From: the human T2T-CHM13v2.0 reference genome, Homo sapiens
Strand: one strand, 5' to 3'
DNA: 64,000 bases
Assembly: GCF_009914755.1 (NCBI RefSeq)
Contig: NC_060942.1
Both the position numbers and the translations under genes were made by a program. Of this stretch, positions 12,070 through 33,890 are shown in pieces (the stretch's first letter is position 1; the number at the start of each line of letters is the position of its first letter). The notes beneath the pieces are model-generated. The model was not told where the DNA came from, searched no databases, and worked only from the letters and a program-made list of their open reading frames with translations.

Positions 12070-14340
12070 TAACTTGGGATAAAGAAAAAAATGAAAATCA
12101 TAAAGTAATTTTATAATCAAAATACAGCATATCAAAATTTGTATAATGTCACTAGTGCAGTATTTTAGGGGAAATTTAGAGTACTAAACAATCATATTAA
12201 TAGAAAAAAAGCTCTTAAGTTCATGATCTCAGCTTCTACTTTAAAAACATAGGAAAAGAGAAGTTATTTTTAAAATAACCAGAAGAAATAAACAATAACC
12301 ATGAATTTACAAATCTGTGAAAGATGAAAAAATCAACAGCAATAACAACAAACCAAAGCTGTTTCTCTCGGAATATCAATAAAATGAATTAAATTCTATT
12401 CAGATGTATTAGGAGATAGAGAAAGAGGAAGAAAGAAAGAGAAAGAGATACAAATTGCCAATCGGAGAAATAAGAACATCACTACAGATTTTATAGATAT
12501 TTTTAAAAATAATAAGGAGCTATTATAAACAACTTCATTCCTATAAACTTAGATGAAGTGCAAAAATTCCTTGAAAGACACAAAGTATAAAAGATTTTGA
12601 CGATAAAAGAGAAAAAGTAAATAGTCCCATTTCTAATAAAAATTAAACCTGTAGGTTGAAAATTTCTCACAAAAAATGCTGATAGGCCCAGATGACCACA
12701 CTGGTGAATAATGTAACATATTTAAGGAAGATTTGATACCAGTTTTACACATCTTTCAGAAAATTGAGAGTGATTGAATACTTTCAGTAGTGCTTTAAAG
12801 CTAAAATAAGTTAAGACACAAATAAATAAATAAATAAAAACTTCACATAAATATCCCTTATAAACACAAATAAAGATTTAAGACAAAATTATAGCAAAGC
12901 CTACAATATATAAAAATGACAATACATCGTGATAAAGTGTGCACTTTTACCAATAATTAATGGTTGGTTTAATATTTGGAAATCAACCATTTAATTCACC
13001 AAATTAGTAAATTAAATAAAAACTCACATGCGTATTTAACAAATAAAGTTGACACAATCCAGCTACTGGTTCTTATGAAAACTGTCAGGAGATTGGAAAT
13101 AGAAGAAATCATTATCCTGATATAAGGCATCTATGAACAATCTCATATTTAAAGGTAAAAGATGCACTGCTTTTCTTTTAGGATAAAGGACAAGACAGAA
13201 ATGTAACCTCTTAACATCTATTGTACATTGTATTGGAGGTTATAGCCAGTGCAATCAAGCAAGAAAGAGGAATAAAATTAATCCAGATGTAAAAAACAAA
13301 AACTTTATTTAATAAATATGAAGAAATTCTGATGAAATCTATAAAATGTCACTAGAACTAATGGGTATGTTTAATAGAGTTGTTATGCACAAGATTAATA
13401 CCCCAAAATCAGCTTTATTTTATATACCTACAATGAAGATGTGGTAATTTAAATTAAAAAAATTACCACTTACCACATCATCAAAAAATGTGAAATACTT
13501 ACAGGTACATCTAACAAAAGACGTGCAAGAACTGCAAATTGAAAACTACAAAATATTGCTGAGCAAAATTAAAGAACACCTAAATAAAAGGATAGGTATG
13601 TTTCACTCATAGTTCATAAAACTTAATATTGTTTCAAAATCAATGTTCTACGAAATAATTTGTAGGTTCAACACAGTTCAAATTAGAACCTTAGCAGAAT
13701 TTTTGTAGTAATTGGCAAGCTAAATCAAAATCTTAAAAATTCAGAGAACTTAGAATAGCCAAAACAACTTTCAAAAAAAAAAATAAATAAAGTGAGAGGG
13801 CTAACATAAACTGAATTTAAGACTTAAAAACATACAACTAAAAGACTGTGGTATTGGTAGATAGATAGATTTAATGATCAAAATATAATCCACAACTAGA
13901 CCCACAAATATATGCAGAATTGATTATCATCAAAAGCATAAAGGCAATTTAGCAGAGGAAGTAGTCTTTTCAAACAATAGTGCTGAAAAATTTGGTTGTT
14001 GCATGCAAACAAATTAATTTTAATCCTGTCTTATACCATACACAAAAACTAACTCACAATTAATCATAGAGTTAAATGTAAAATCCTTATATTTTGAGAT
14101 TAGACAAAATAAAAATTTTATGATTTAATACCAAAAGAGCCACATATAGAAGAAAAATTGATAAATTAAACTTGATCAAAATTAAGAACTTATGCTCTTT
14201 GATAGACACTATTGACAATGTAAAGACAAATTCAATTTTCTCTTGAAAGGAAATACTTGCAAAGTATATCCCTGGTAAAGAACCTTTAAACAAAGAACTT
14301 ATATAGAACTATTATAACTCAATAATAGGAATGTAAATAG
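12070..14340 (+). mobile_element. Old L1 (L1ME/L1MD-like) ORF2 body
   Basis: Degenerate ORF2 homology ('attggaggttatagccagtgcaatcaagcaagaaa', 'agaatagccaaaacaactttcaaaa'). Probably continues at 30130. Confidence 0.8.
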
Positions 14341-14341
14341 G

Positions 14342-14690
14342 GCCTGGGCATGGTGGCTCATACTTGTAACCCCAGAACTTTGGAAGACCTATGTGGGAGG
14401 ATCACTTAAGGCCAGAAATTTGAGACCAGCCTGAGTGACATACTGAAACTCTGTCTTTACAAAAGAACTTAAAAATTGGCAAGGTATGGTGGAGCACATT
14501 TGTGGTCCCAGCTACTTGGGAGGCTGAAGTGGGAGCATCACTTGAGCCAAGTAGTTTGAGGCTACAGTGAACCATGATCACACTACTACAGTCCAGCCTG
14601 GGAGACAGAGCAAGGCCATGTCACCAAAAATAAAATAAAATAAAATAAAATAAAATAAAATAAAATAAAATAAAATAAAATAAAATAAAA
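14342..14690 (+). mobile_element. AluJ with (TAAAA)n tail
   Basis: J-type 'gggaggatcacttaaggccagaaatttgagaccagcctg' and 'gaggctacagtgaaccatgatc'. (TAAAA)n runs over ~14626-14690. Confidence 0.93.
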
Positions 14691-17600
14691 GAGAGAGAGA
14701 GAGGAGTGGGGGAAGAGAAGGAAAACCAACCAACCAAACAAACAAAAAACAGAATGATGTCAATAGGCTTAATTCAAGATGGCTGACTGGAAGCATCTTG
14801 TGTCTTCTACTTTCCTCCTCCATAAATAAAAACCAAAATTTTGAGTAGATAATTCCATTTTGAATAGATTATCTATGAGAGAACAATAGCATTCAACAGA
14901 GCAGTGACAGAAACTATCTAAAGCAAGGAAAGAGAGGGAAGTGAGGAAGCCTGCTTGCCTGGGATCAGCAGGGACCTTTGGAGAGGCTTCCTAATTTGAG
15001 AAAAGGGTAAGTAAGAGACCCACTGGTTCACATTCCCACTAGAGACTCCTGTAATTCTAGCCACAAGAGCACCTCTCAACTCCTGTGGATCCTGAGACTA
15101 ACATAGGGAGCTGCCTGGAGACTGTATGCTGACATTACTTCAGAGAGGGAGATCATGCTGTGTCCCACATTCCCTCCAAGTCCTAAGTAGCTACAGCAAG
15201 GCACAATTTTGAAAGTTCAGCCCCCACCAGACTACATCCTTCCATGAGGCCCAGCAGCTCCTGCATCTCCACATCTCTGGAACCCCACTGACATTCCCCA
15301 CTTACAGCTAATTGATACTGCCAAGGCCAAAGTGTTACCATTGGCAACAAGTCCACTACCCCAGCAGTGGAGCCCCGCTGCATATTTCTTGTGCCCTGAA
15401 GGTAAGCTTTCCTACCCACAGCAGTCACCAAGAAGTAATTGAAATAAGTTTCTTTCTCCCATTCATGCCTATAGACATAGAGAAAATGCAGCCCTGAAAA
15501 GTAAGTCAAAGCACAAGCCCCTGGCAACAATCCTGCTGCTCCCAGCAGTGGAGCTATCATATATTTACAAACACACTGAGGACAGGCTAAGCTGCCAGAG
15601 CCACTCTCTGGGGCCAAAACATGTGCTCCCAAGATACCTTTCTACAGCTGCTGCCACTGAAACAACCCTACGCACCCAATTAGCTGGGAAGAAGCACAGT
15701 GGTTGCCCCTCCATTCAAACATTCCTCTGGGAGCCTGGGGATCATACTCTTCCTGCCTATCAGTGACTGCATGCACCATAAAGAGGCTGGGGAATATGTT
15801 CACCTATCCTGGCTCCTATGTCCCTAGTGCCTGAGCATGCCATCTGCAGGTCTGGGGATTCCCTAGCCCCAACCACAATTGGCACTTGAGCACTCTGCCT
15901 GGAGGGAAAGGGTTGGGCCCATTCAACCTGCTGCTACCACCACAGCTGGCACTGTCCCTCATGTGCCACCTGTAGGCCAATGGACTTGCCTCCGGCCACC
16001 CCCCACCTTCTCCAATCTCTCACAGCCACTTCCAATGCCAGCAAGAACCACTTGGGAGCCAGAGGCTTGTCCTTCCACTGCTACTGCCATTGCCACAATA
16101 TGCCTGCTTCCAAGGGGCCCAAGGACATGCTCACCAGCCCAGCCAACTGCTGTCACTACTGGCACACAAGCAAGCCAACTAAACACTCAAAAATTGGCCT
16201 GCCTGGACTTGCTAACACCAGTGCCAGCATATACCTTCCTAGGGCCCAAGGGCAGACACACTCAGCTTGACATTGCCACAACTGAAGCTCAAGGACTGGT
16301 CCACTTAGGATTCCTGTCCCCACCGAAACTATGACACAACCTCTACTAACAATCGCACCCTAAACCACTGAGGAAATTAAACACCACCGACACTGTTTAC
16401 AGCCAAAGAAATTATATAGAGACTATATTACTCCATGTATCCAAAATCAAAGCCAAAGTGCTCAATCCAACCAATACCAAATATATTTTCAGAAAATAAA
16501 GTCCTCCCCTTAAAAGCAAATACAATAAATTGGAATAAGTAACGATTACACCAGATGCAACGATGTCAATGTAAAACTCAGGAAATATAAAAAGGCAAGG
16601 AAATATGATACCTGCAAAGGAACACAATAATTCTCCAGCAACAGATTCAAAGGAAAATTAAATTAATGAAATCCTAGAAAAATAATTCAAAATGATGATA
16701 TTAAAGAAACTCAATGATATATAAGAGAACACAGATAAATAATAGAAAGACATCAGAAAAACAATTCAGGATATGAATAAGAAATTTATTAGATACACAT
16801 CATTAAGAAGAGCCAAACAGAAGTCCTGTAACTGAAAAATTAATTACTTTAAAAACAAATACATTCAAAAGCTTCAGCAGTAAACTAGAACAAACAGAAG
16901 AAAGATTTTCAGAACTTTAAGACAGGTATTTTGAAACAATTCAGAAAAAAATAAAGATAATAGAACAAAAAAGAATGGATAAAGCATATGTGACACATGA
17001 GACTCCATAAAGCAACCAAATATTGGAATCTTCAGTGTTCTAAATGGTAAAGAGAAAACAAAAAGATTGACACTTTATTGAACAAAATAATAGCTAAAAC
17101 GTTTTCAAGTCTAGCAAGAGATTTAGATAGCCAGATACAGGAAGCTCAAAAATCTCCAAGTAGATGCAATTCAAAAAGATGTGTTCCATGGCACATTATA
17201 GTCAAACTTTAAAAGTCTAGGACAAAGAATTATTTAAAAAGCAAGGAAAAGCTTCTAGTCCCTTATAAGGGAACCTCCATCAGAATAACAGTGGATTTCT
17301 CAACATAAACTTTACAAGCTAGGAGATAATTGAAGAATATATTCAAAGTGCTAAAAGGAAAAACAAAAAGAACCTACTTGCCAAGGATACTATAGCCAAC
17401 AACTTACACTTGATAAATGAAGGAGAAATAAAGTCTTTCTCAAACAAGCAAATGCTGAGGGAAAACATTGCCATTAGACCAGACTTACAAGAAATACTTA
17501 AGGCAGCTGCACATTTAAAAGCTAAAAGACAATATTGACCATTATAAAAACACATGAAAGTATGAAATCCACTGATAGAGCAAACACACAAATAAGGAGA

Positions 17601-17891
17601 GGAAGGACTAAAAAGTTACTACTATAGAAAACCACCAAACCACATGATAAAAACAGTAAGAGAGAAAGAAAGAATATACAAAACAGCCAGAAATCAAATA
17701 ATAAAATGCCACGAATAAGCCCTCACATACAAATAATAACTTTATATGTAAACAGATTAAACTTTCTACTTAAAAGATGTGGACTGGATGAATGGATAAA
17801 AAACATGATCCAATGTTATGCTTCCTACAAGGAACCTATCTCACCTGTAAAGACACATATACACTGAAAATAAAGGGATGGTAAAAGATAA

Positions 17892-20736
<2,845 letters not shown>

Positions 20737-23700
20737 TTAGATAAAACAGACTTTAAATAAAAAATAATAATAAAAGACAAAAGACAAAAAAGTCATTACG
20801 TAATGATAAGGGGATCAATTTGGCAAGGAGGTGTAACAATTCTAAAAATATATGTGCCTGGAACCAGCACATTCAGATATATAAAGCAAGTATTATTAGA
20901 TCTAAAGGGAGAGATAGACTTCAATAAAATATAGTTGACAACTTCAACACCCAACTTTCAGCATCAGACACGTTACCTAGACACAAAATAACAAAGGAAC
21001 ATTTCATTTAAACTATATATTAGACCAAACAGACCTAACACTTATAGAACATTTCAACCAACATCTACATAATATATGTCATTCTCATCAGCACCTGAGA
21101 CGTTCTGCAAGATAAGCCATATGTTAGGGCACAAAACAAATATTAACACATTTTTTAAAATCAAAGTTATATCAAGTATCTTTCAGACCACAATGAAATA
21201 AACTAGAAATTAATAGCAAGGGGAACTTTGGAAATGGTACAAATGCATGGTAATTAAACAATGTGCTCCTGAATAATCACTGTGTCAACAAAGAAATTGA
21301 GGAGAAAATCAAAATATATTGAAATGAATGAAAATCAAAACAAAGCACACTAATCTATGAGATGGAGCAAAAAAAAAAAAAACAGTGCTAAGAGGAAAGT
21401 TCATAGCAGTAAATACCTCCATCAGAAAAGTAAAAAGATTTCAAATAAATAAACTAATAGTGCAAGTCAAAAAACTAGAAAATAAAAAAACCAAAATCCA
21501 GAACTGTAGAAGAAAAACATTAACAAAAATCAGAGCAGAATTAAACAAAGTAGACTAAAAAATAATAAGAAGTATCAACAAAATGAACAGTTGGTTTTTT
21601 GAAGAGATGAACAAAACTGATAAACCGCTAGCTAGACTAACAAAGATAAAAAAGAGAAATTACCCAAATAAACAAAATTAGAAGTGAAAATGGAGACATT
21701 ATAACTGATGCCACAAAAAAGCAAAAGATCATCAGAGATTATTACTGACAATTATACACTGACACCATGAGAAACCTAGAGGAAATGGATAAATTCCTGG
21801 ACACATACAACCAACCAAACCTGAATCAAGAAGAAATAGAAAACCTTAACAGAACAATAATGAGTGATGAGATTGAATCCACAATAAAACGTCTTCCAAC
21901 ATAGAAATGTTCAGGACTGAATGGCTTCACCGCTAAATTCTACCAAACTTTCAAAGAAGAACTGACAACAATTCATATCAAACTATTCCAAAAAAATTAA
22001 AAAGAAAAGATTTCTCCCTAATTTGTTCTACCAGGCTCACATTACCCTGATGCCAAAACTCCCTAGGACAGAACTTCCAGAGGGAGGGTTGGACTACCGT
22101 CTTTGCTGTTTGGGTGACTTAGCCATTCCAGCCTGTGGACCTTGGAGAGCCCAAGCCAACCAGGACAGACAAGAGCATAATAAGAAAAGAAAACTATAGG
22201 CCAATGTTCCTGGAAAATATACATGTAAAAATATTCAACAAAATACTAGCAAACTGAATCTAAAATGCATCAAAAAGATAACATGCCATGATCAAGGAGA
22301 GTTTATACCAGGGATGCAAGAATGGTTCAACATACTCAAATCAATAAATGTGGCAAATCATATCAACAAAATGAAGGACAAAACCATATGATCATCTCAG
22401 TAGACACAGAAAAAAAATTTGATAAAACTCAACATCTTTTCATGAAAAAAAGTCTCAACAAACTAGGTACTGAAAAAACATACCTTAACATTATAAAGGC
22501 CATATGTAATAAATCCACAGCTAGCACCCTACTGAATGAGGAAAAGCTTAAAGTCTTTTCTCTAAGAACTGGAACAAGACAAGAGCGACCATATTCACCT
22601 CTCTTATTCAATATACTACTGGAAGCTCTAGCCACAACAAACAGGAAAGGTAAAGAAACAAAAAGCATCTAAATTGGAAAAGAGAAAGTCAAATTGTCCC
22701 ACCTTACAGATGACATGATCTTATGTATATGAAAACCTAATGACTGTATGAAAAAACTCTGAAATCTGATAAATAATAAGTTCAGTTAAGTTGTAGAATA
22801 TAAACTTGTAGGTATAAAGTAAAAAAAAAATCGGTATTGTTTTTATATGCCAACAGTGAACTAGCTGACAAAGAAATCAAGAAGGCAAGTTTGTTTATAA
22901 CAGCAAAAAAAAAAAAAAAAGCTTAGGAATAAATTTAACCAAAGAGGTGAAAGACTTCTACTAGAAAAACCACAAAAATGTTGATGAAATAAGTTGGACA
23001 GGACACAAACAAATGGAAATATATCCCATGTGCATGGATCAAAATAATTATTCTTGTTAAAATGACCATATTGCCCAAAGTAATCTACAGATTAAATGCA
23101 ATCCCTGTGAAAATAGAAAGGGATGTCATTTTTTACAGAATTAATAACAAAATATTTTAAGATTTGTATGGAACCAAAAAAGAGCCCAAATTCCCAAAGC
23201 AATCTTGAGCAAAAATGACAGGGCTGGAGGCATCACACTACTTGACTTCAGAATAAATTACACGGCTGTAGTAACCAAACAGCATGACATTGGTATATAA
23301 ACAGATACTTAGACCAATGGAACAGAACAGACCACCCATAAATAAATTCATGTACTTATTTGATAACTGATTTTCAACAAAATCACCAAGAACATACATT
23401 GGGGAAACAGCACCCTATTCAATATTCGGTGCTGGAAAAATTAAACATCCATATGCAGAAGAATGAGACTTGACCTGTATTTCTCACTATATACAAAAAA
23501 TCAACTCAGGATGGATTAAAGACTTACATTTAACACCCAAAACTATAAACTACTAGAAGAAAGCATAGGGGAAACACTTCAGGACATTTGTTTAGACAGA
23601 GATCATATGGCTGAGACTTTAAAAGCACAGGCAGCAAAACCAAAAGTAAACAAATGGGACTATGTTAAACTGAAAAGCTTCTGTACAGCAAAGGAAACAA

Positions 23701-23810
23701 TCAAGAGTGAATGGAAAACCTGTTGAATGGGAGAAAATATTTTCAGACTATTTTCCTGACAAAAGACTAAAATCTAGAATTTACTAAGAACTCAAGCAAC
23801 TCAAGGGCAA

Positions 23811-23833
23811 ATCATCATCATCATCATCATCAT
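23811..23833. repeat. (ATC)n microsatellite
   Basis: About 7 ATC units within the L1MA ORF2. Confidence 0.9.
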
Positions 23834-24296
23834 TCTGTTAAAAAGTGGGCAAAAGCCATGAATAGACATTTCTCAAAAGAAGACATAGAAATCACCAATG
23901 GGTTTTGAAGAAATGCTCAACATCACTGATCATTTGGGAATGAAAATCAAAACCACAATGATATATCATCTCACCCCAGTTAGAACAGCTATTATTAAAA
24001 TGACAAAAGATAAGAAAAGCTGACAAGAATGCAGAGAAAGAGATGCTAATATACTGTTGGTGGGAATGCAACACAGCCATTATGGAAAACATTATGAAGA
24101 TTTCTTTAAAAACTAAAAACAGAACTCCCACATGATATAGCAATCCCACTACTGGACATTATCCCAAAGGAAACAAAATCAGTATATCAAAGGGATCTTG
24201 GCAATGCCATGTTTATTGCAGAACTACTCATGATAGCAAATATATTTAATCAACCAAAATGTCCATCAACAGAAGAATGGATAAGAAAAATGTGGT

Positions 24297-29651
<5,355 letters not shown>

Positions 29652-30129
29652 AAGAAAAATGTGGTGTATGTTACATGATAGAATACTGTTTGACCATGAA
29701 AAAGAATGAAGTCATGTCATTTGCAACAACATGGATGGAACTGGAGGTCATTATATTAAGTGAAATACGCCAGGCACAGAAAGACAAATATTGCATGTTC
29801 TGACTCTTGTGTAGGAACTAAAAAGGTTGAATTCATTGAGATAGAGTAGAATGATAGATACCAGAGGCTGGGAAAGGTATGTGGGTGGGCAAAATGAAGA
29901 GAGGTAGGTTAATAGGCACAAACAGGAAGTTATTTGGAAGGAGCAAGTTCTAATGGTTGATAGCAGAGTGGGTGATTAAGTTAACAACAAGACATTATAT
30001 TTCAAAATAACTATAAGAGAGGACTTGATATGTTCCTATCACATAGAAATGTTAAATACTTGGGTGATGGGTTCCCCAAACAGTCAAGAGAAATGGTGAA
30101 ATCTTATGTCTAATCAATGATCTAATGAA

Positions 30130-30626
30130 ATCTAAGACTTGTATATAAATGTCCATATAAGCTTTATTGTAATAGCCAGAAAGCTTGAAACAAACCAAAC
30201 ATTCCTCTAAAGGTGAATGATTAATCAAACTGTGGTATATCCCATATAATAAAATAATCATTCTGGAATTTAAAAAAATTAACTATTGATGCAGGTAACA
30301 GCATGGATAAATCTCAAAATTACTGTGTTGAGAAAAAGAGGACAAATGAAAAATAATACCTACCATATAATTGCACATATACAAGATTTTAGAAAATCTA
30401 AACTAATTTAAGGTAACAGAAAGCAGATCAATTTTGCCTGGGGAACAGATATGCCCACGGGGTTGAGAGGAAGCAATTACACAGGGGCACAAGGAAATTT
30501 GGGAGAGGAGTGTATCTTGTTAGTAATGATGAAATATGTGTATACATATTTCAAAGCTCATCAAATTATACACTTTAAATACGAGCAACTTCTATGCCAA
30601 TTATAACAATACAGCTGTTAAAAAAG
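30130..30626 (+). mobile_element. L1ME1/L1MD-like 3' end
   Basis: 'catggataaatctcaaaa', 'acagaaagcagatca', 'ggggcacaaggaaa', 'ctcatcaaattatacactttaaata...gctgttaaaaaa'. Confidence 0.8.
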
Positions 30627-30834
30627 AGTAAGTACTTCTCAAATCATTTAAAAGTCTACTATTATCTCTTACTCAAACCAGAAAAAGATAGGTGAGAAAT
30701 GTATAAAGGAACATCTAGCTAAAATTCCAAGGAAAATATAATTTACTTTAAACTAATAAATGATTCTGTGGTGATTTCTACATTCTAATCATTTCTCTAA
30801 TGAATAAACGATTATGCCATGTAAATCTTATATT

Positions 30835-30965
30835 ACTCTTATGAAAGAGAAGTATTTTCATCATCTTTATTTTATACATGAGGAAACTGAAGTACATTGA
30901 GGTTAAGTAACTCACTCAAAGGTAACCAGCCACTAAGAGGGAGATCCAGTATTGGAACAAAATAG
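30835..30965 (-). mobile_element. MIR SINE
   Basis: 'atgaggaaactgaagtacattgaggttaagtaactcactcaaagg'. Confidence 0.75.
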
Positions 30966-31089
30966 TTAGTAGGATTTGAGTTCATCTGTAATACACAGCC
31001 TTTCTCATAGAAGTAAACCAATTATTGCAGTGTTCAAACATATGCACATGCCAATTTGAGACTGTTCCTGGAATATGTTTTAAAATTAG

Positions 31090-31850
31090 AAAATCTATTA
31101 ATGAAATTCAACACTTAGCAGATCAAAGAAGAAAAAAAACTATGTGATCATCTCAATAAATGCTGAAAAGTATTTAATAATATTCAACTACCCTTCATGA
31201 TTAAAAGAAAATTTTAACAAACCTTTTCTTTAAGAAGACTATCCACCAAAACTGTAAAACAAACATTACATATAGTGCTTTAAAATATTTTAAATCTTAG
31301 CTTTAAAGTTAAAAGCAAAAAGAATGTCCACTCTCATCATTTCAACTGAATATTGTACTGGAGGCCTTGGTCATTGCAGCCATATAAGAAAAATAAATAG
31401 TTAAAGGTTCAGAAAGTTAGAAAAAAAAAATCCTCATTATGATTGTTTATACAAAAAATCCAAGACAATCAATAGAATTAATAAGAGAGTTTATCAAAGC
31501 TGCTTAGTTCTGACTCAATACATAAAAATAAATGTCATTCATGTATACCAGCCATTAGAATGATAATTTTTAAATAATACACTTAAAATAAAAATATAAT
31601 ATCTAAGGTAACTATGAATAAACTTATCAAAAATGTGCCTGAACTTCATGGGAAAAATTATAAACTTTTAGTGAGGAAAACATATAGGATTGAATTTCTC
31701 CTACAAATGTGTATTGAAGGACTGCCAAAATAAATTCAACAAGCCTATAAATTTATCATAAAATTCACATGGTAGAACTAAGGTCTTTGAATGCCAAGAC
31801 AAATTTGAAGTGCAAGATTGATACCAGATATCAACACTTAAAATATCTGA
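31090..31850 (+). mobile_element. Very old L1M ORF2 (RT) fragment
   Basis: 'tgatcatctcaataaatgctgaaaagtatttaataatattcaac' and 'atattgtactggaggcctt'. Confidence 0.75.
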
Positions 31851-32299
31851 TTTTACCAGTACTCTTCTATGCTCATTTAGGTATACACACACGCACACAC
31901 ACACACGTATGTTATGTATCAATATAAATGAAAATATGAATAAAATAAACTGGTTAAGGTATTACTAAAATGTTTTCCCATTTTAGCATATAAATCTTTT
32001 GAATCACTCTTCTATTTAGAGTCATCAATATCTGTGTTTTTCTTTACAATATCATTCACTATATCATCAAGAGTGTTGGTAATTCCCATTTCCTTAAAAA
32101 GTGCTTCACTATTATCTCCAGATTTTACCCAAGCCACAGATACCCATTCTCCAAGTTTTAATGCTGGCACTTTTTTGATCTTACCAGAAAATTATCAATT
32201 GAATATTTTCAGACAATTATTGGGACCCATATTATTTTCTCAGATTGATTCCTAAATAATGTATTGACGAAAACTTTGAGTAATAGTGATTATCCTGTC

Positions 32300-32472
32300 A
32301 TACCAACAGGAGTAATAATTAAGATAAGGCACGTAGCACACTTTCTGCCACAATTCCCCTCTGTGGAAAGTGATTGTAAGACGCCATCAATTATAAAATA
32401 TATCCAAATTATAAAGATGCTAAAATATGGACAAATGTATATATTGATTGTTGAATTGGACAGTGGGAAATA
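32300..32472 (-). mobile_element. Tc2-type DNA transposon end (MER104/Kanga-like)
   Basis: 'gattgtaagacgccatcaattataaaa...agatgctaaaatatg' resembles the reverse complement of the MER104/Kanga terminus. Confidence 0.5.
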
Positions 32473-32629
32473 ACGTGATAAGATATTGGTTCAATAAATG
32501 CTAAGTCAACGTTTGCTAAGTCTCCCCACCATCAAAAAATGTAAAATAAAATTATGCTGTTTTGTAAAATCTAATCAAACTTTTATTCTTATTACTAATC
32601 AGTTGAGAATGGACAGAGACTATTCCGTA

Positions 32630-33200
32630 ATAAAGACACATGCTCAACTACGGTCATTGCATCATGGTTTGTAATAATATAAATTAAATTTAAAAACCTA
32701 GAAACAATAAAAATACCATCAACTCTATGATGGATAAGCAAATTGTTGGCCATTCCTAAGTGGAATAATTTACAGGCATGAAAATGGGCAAAACTTTATA
32801 TGTAGATATAGAGATAGATATAATATATAAAAATATATAGCTATAGCTATAGATATAGATATGTCAACATAGATGAATCTCAGAAACAAAAGAAGAACAG
32901 ATAAAATATGTAAATTAAAACAACATAATACAAAAGTTAAAATAAAATAGAGCCATACATAAAACATGGTTAAAATCTCACAAACAACATTAAGGGAAAA
33001 AAGTATGTGGAAGATTTTGATAAATTATGACACTGTAATTATAAAATTTAAAAGCACAAAAGTGTCATAGATTGTATAAAATACCCTGTAAATAATGACA
33101 TAGAAAATTAAGACCACAGTGGAAAAGGGAAGGAGGGAGAGAGACTGGGGAAGGATGAAATATAGAGAGAAAAACTGAATATATAATTAAATATTTGAAT
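32630..33200 (+). mobile_element. Highly diverged L1ME 3' fragment
   Basis: 'gatggataagcaaattgtt' and 'tcaacatagatgaatctcagaaaca'. Confidence 0.55.
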
Positions 33201-33837
33201 TCTCAACACAAATGTTTTGCATGACCTCTTTACTACAGGATATACTGATTCTGAGAAATATATGACCAACATTTGGATGAAAAACACCATGTCAGTGTAT
33301 TTGTTATGGCATTTTGTTTTTTTGATAATAGTTGAATAATTTTATTTCATGCCCCATATTGAAGAGATAATTGTTCTGGGTGTTGTGATTTAATCTTGGT
33401 GTAACAGAATCTTGTTCAGCCATTTATCTCAATAATACCCCCAAATTCTGCCTTGTCTTAAGTTGAGTAGTCCCTTTCATCCTCATTATTGTGTTTATAT
33501 GGCCATCTAACAAAGAAGTGGATCCTAAAGATTTTGATCATTCATCCTTGAAGGTTGAATTAATATCAGTTCCTTTAAAGAACACAGAGCAGGGAGAATT
33601 TCAGCAACAGCAGCCTGTTCAAATCTTTAAAGACTTTCTTGGGTTGCAGTGGAACTCCTAAGGACTGAGTTAAACATCTGCCTTAAAATAATATAATATT
33701 CTTCTGTTTTTCCTTTGACCTTTACTATGTAAAATACATGTGAAGCACACAAAAACCAGTGTGTAAACCACACATGAATTAGCAGAAAACAAAAGCATAT
33801 TTTAATCAATTTCATCTGTATTCCATAATAGATGATA

Positions 33838-33890
33838 AATGTATACTGTAAACCATAAACCGTAACTGCTTATGGTTTACAGTATACATT
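33838..33890. repeat. Perfect 21-bp inverted repeat with 11-nt spacer
   Basis: aatgtatactgtaaaccataa (33838-33858) is the exact reverse complement of ttatggtttacagtatacatt (33870-33890). Confidence 0.97.

Noticed and set aside
15183-16334. 149- and 151-aa ORFs
   Set aside because: They lie in the GC-richer L1MA 5'UTR, show no recognisable protein features, and are expected by chance.
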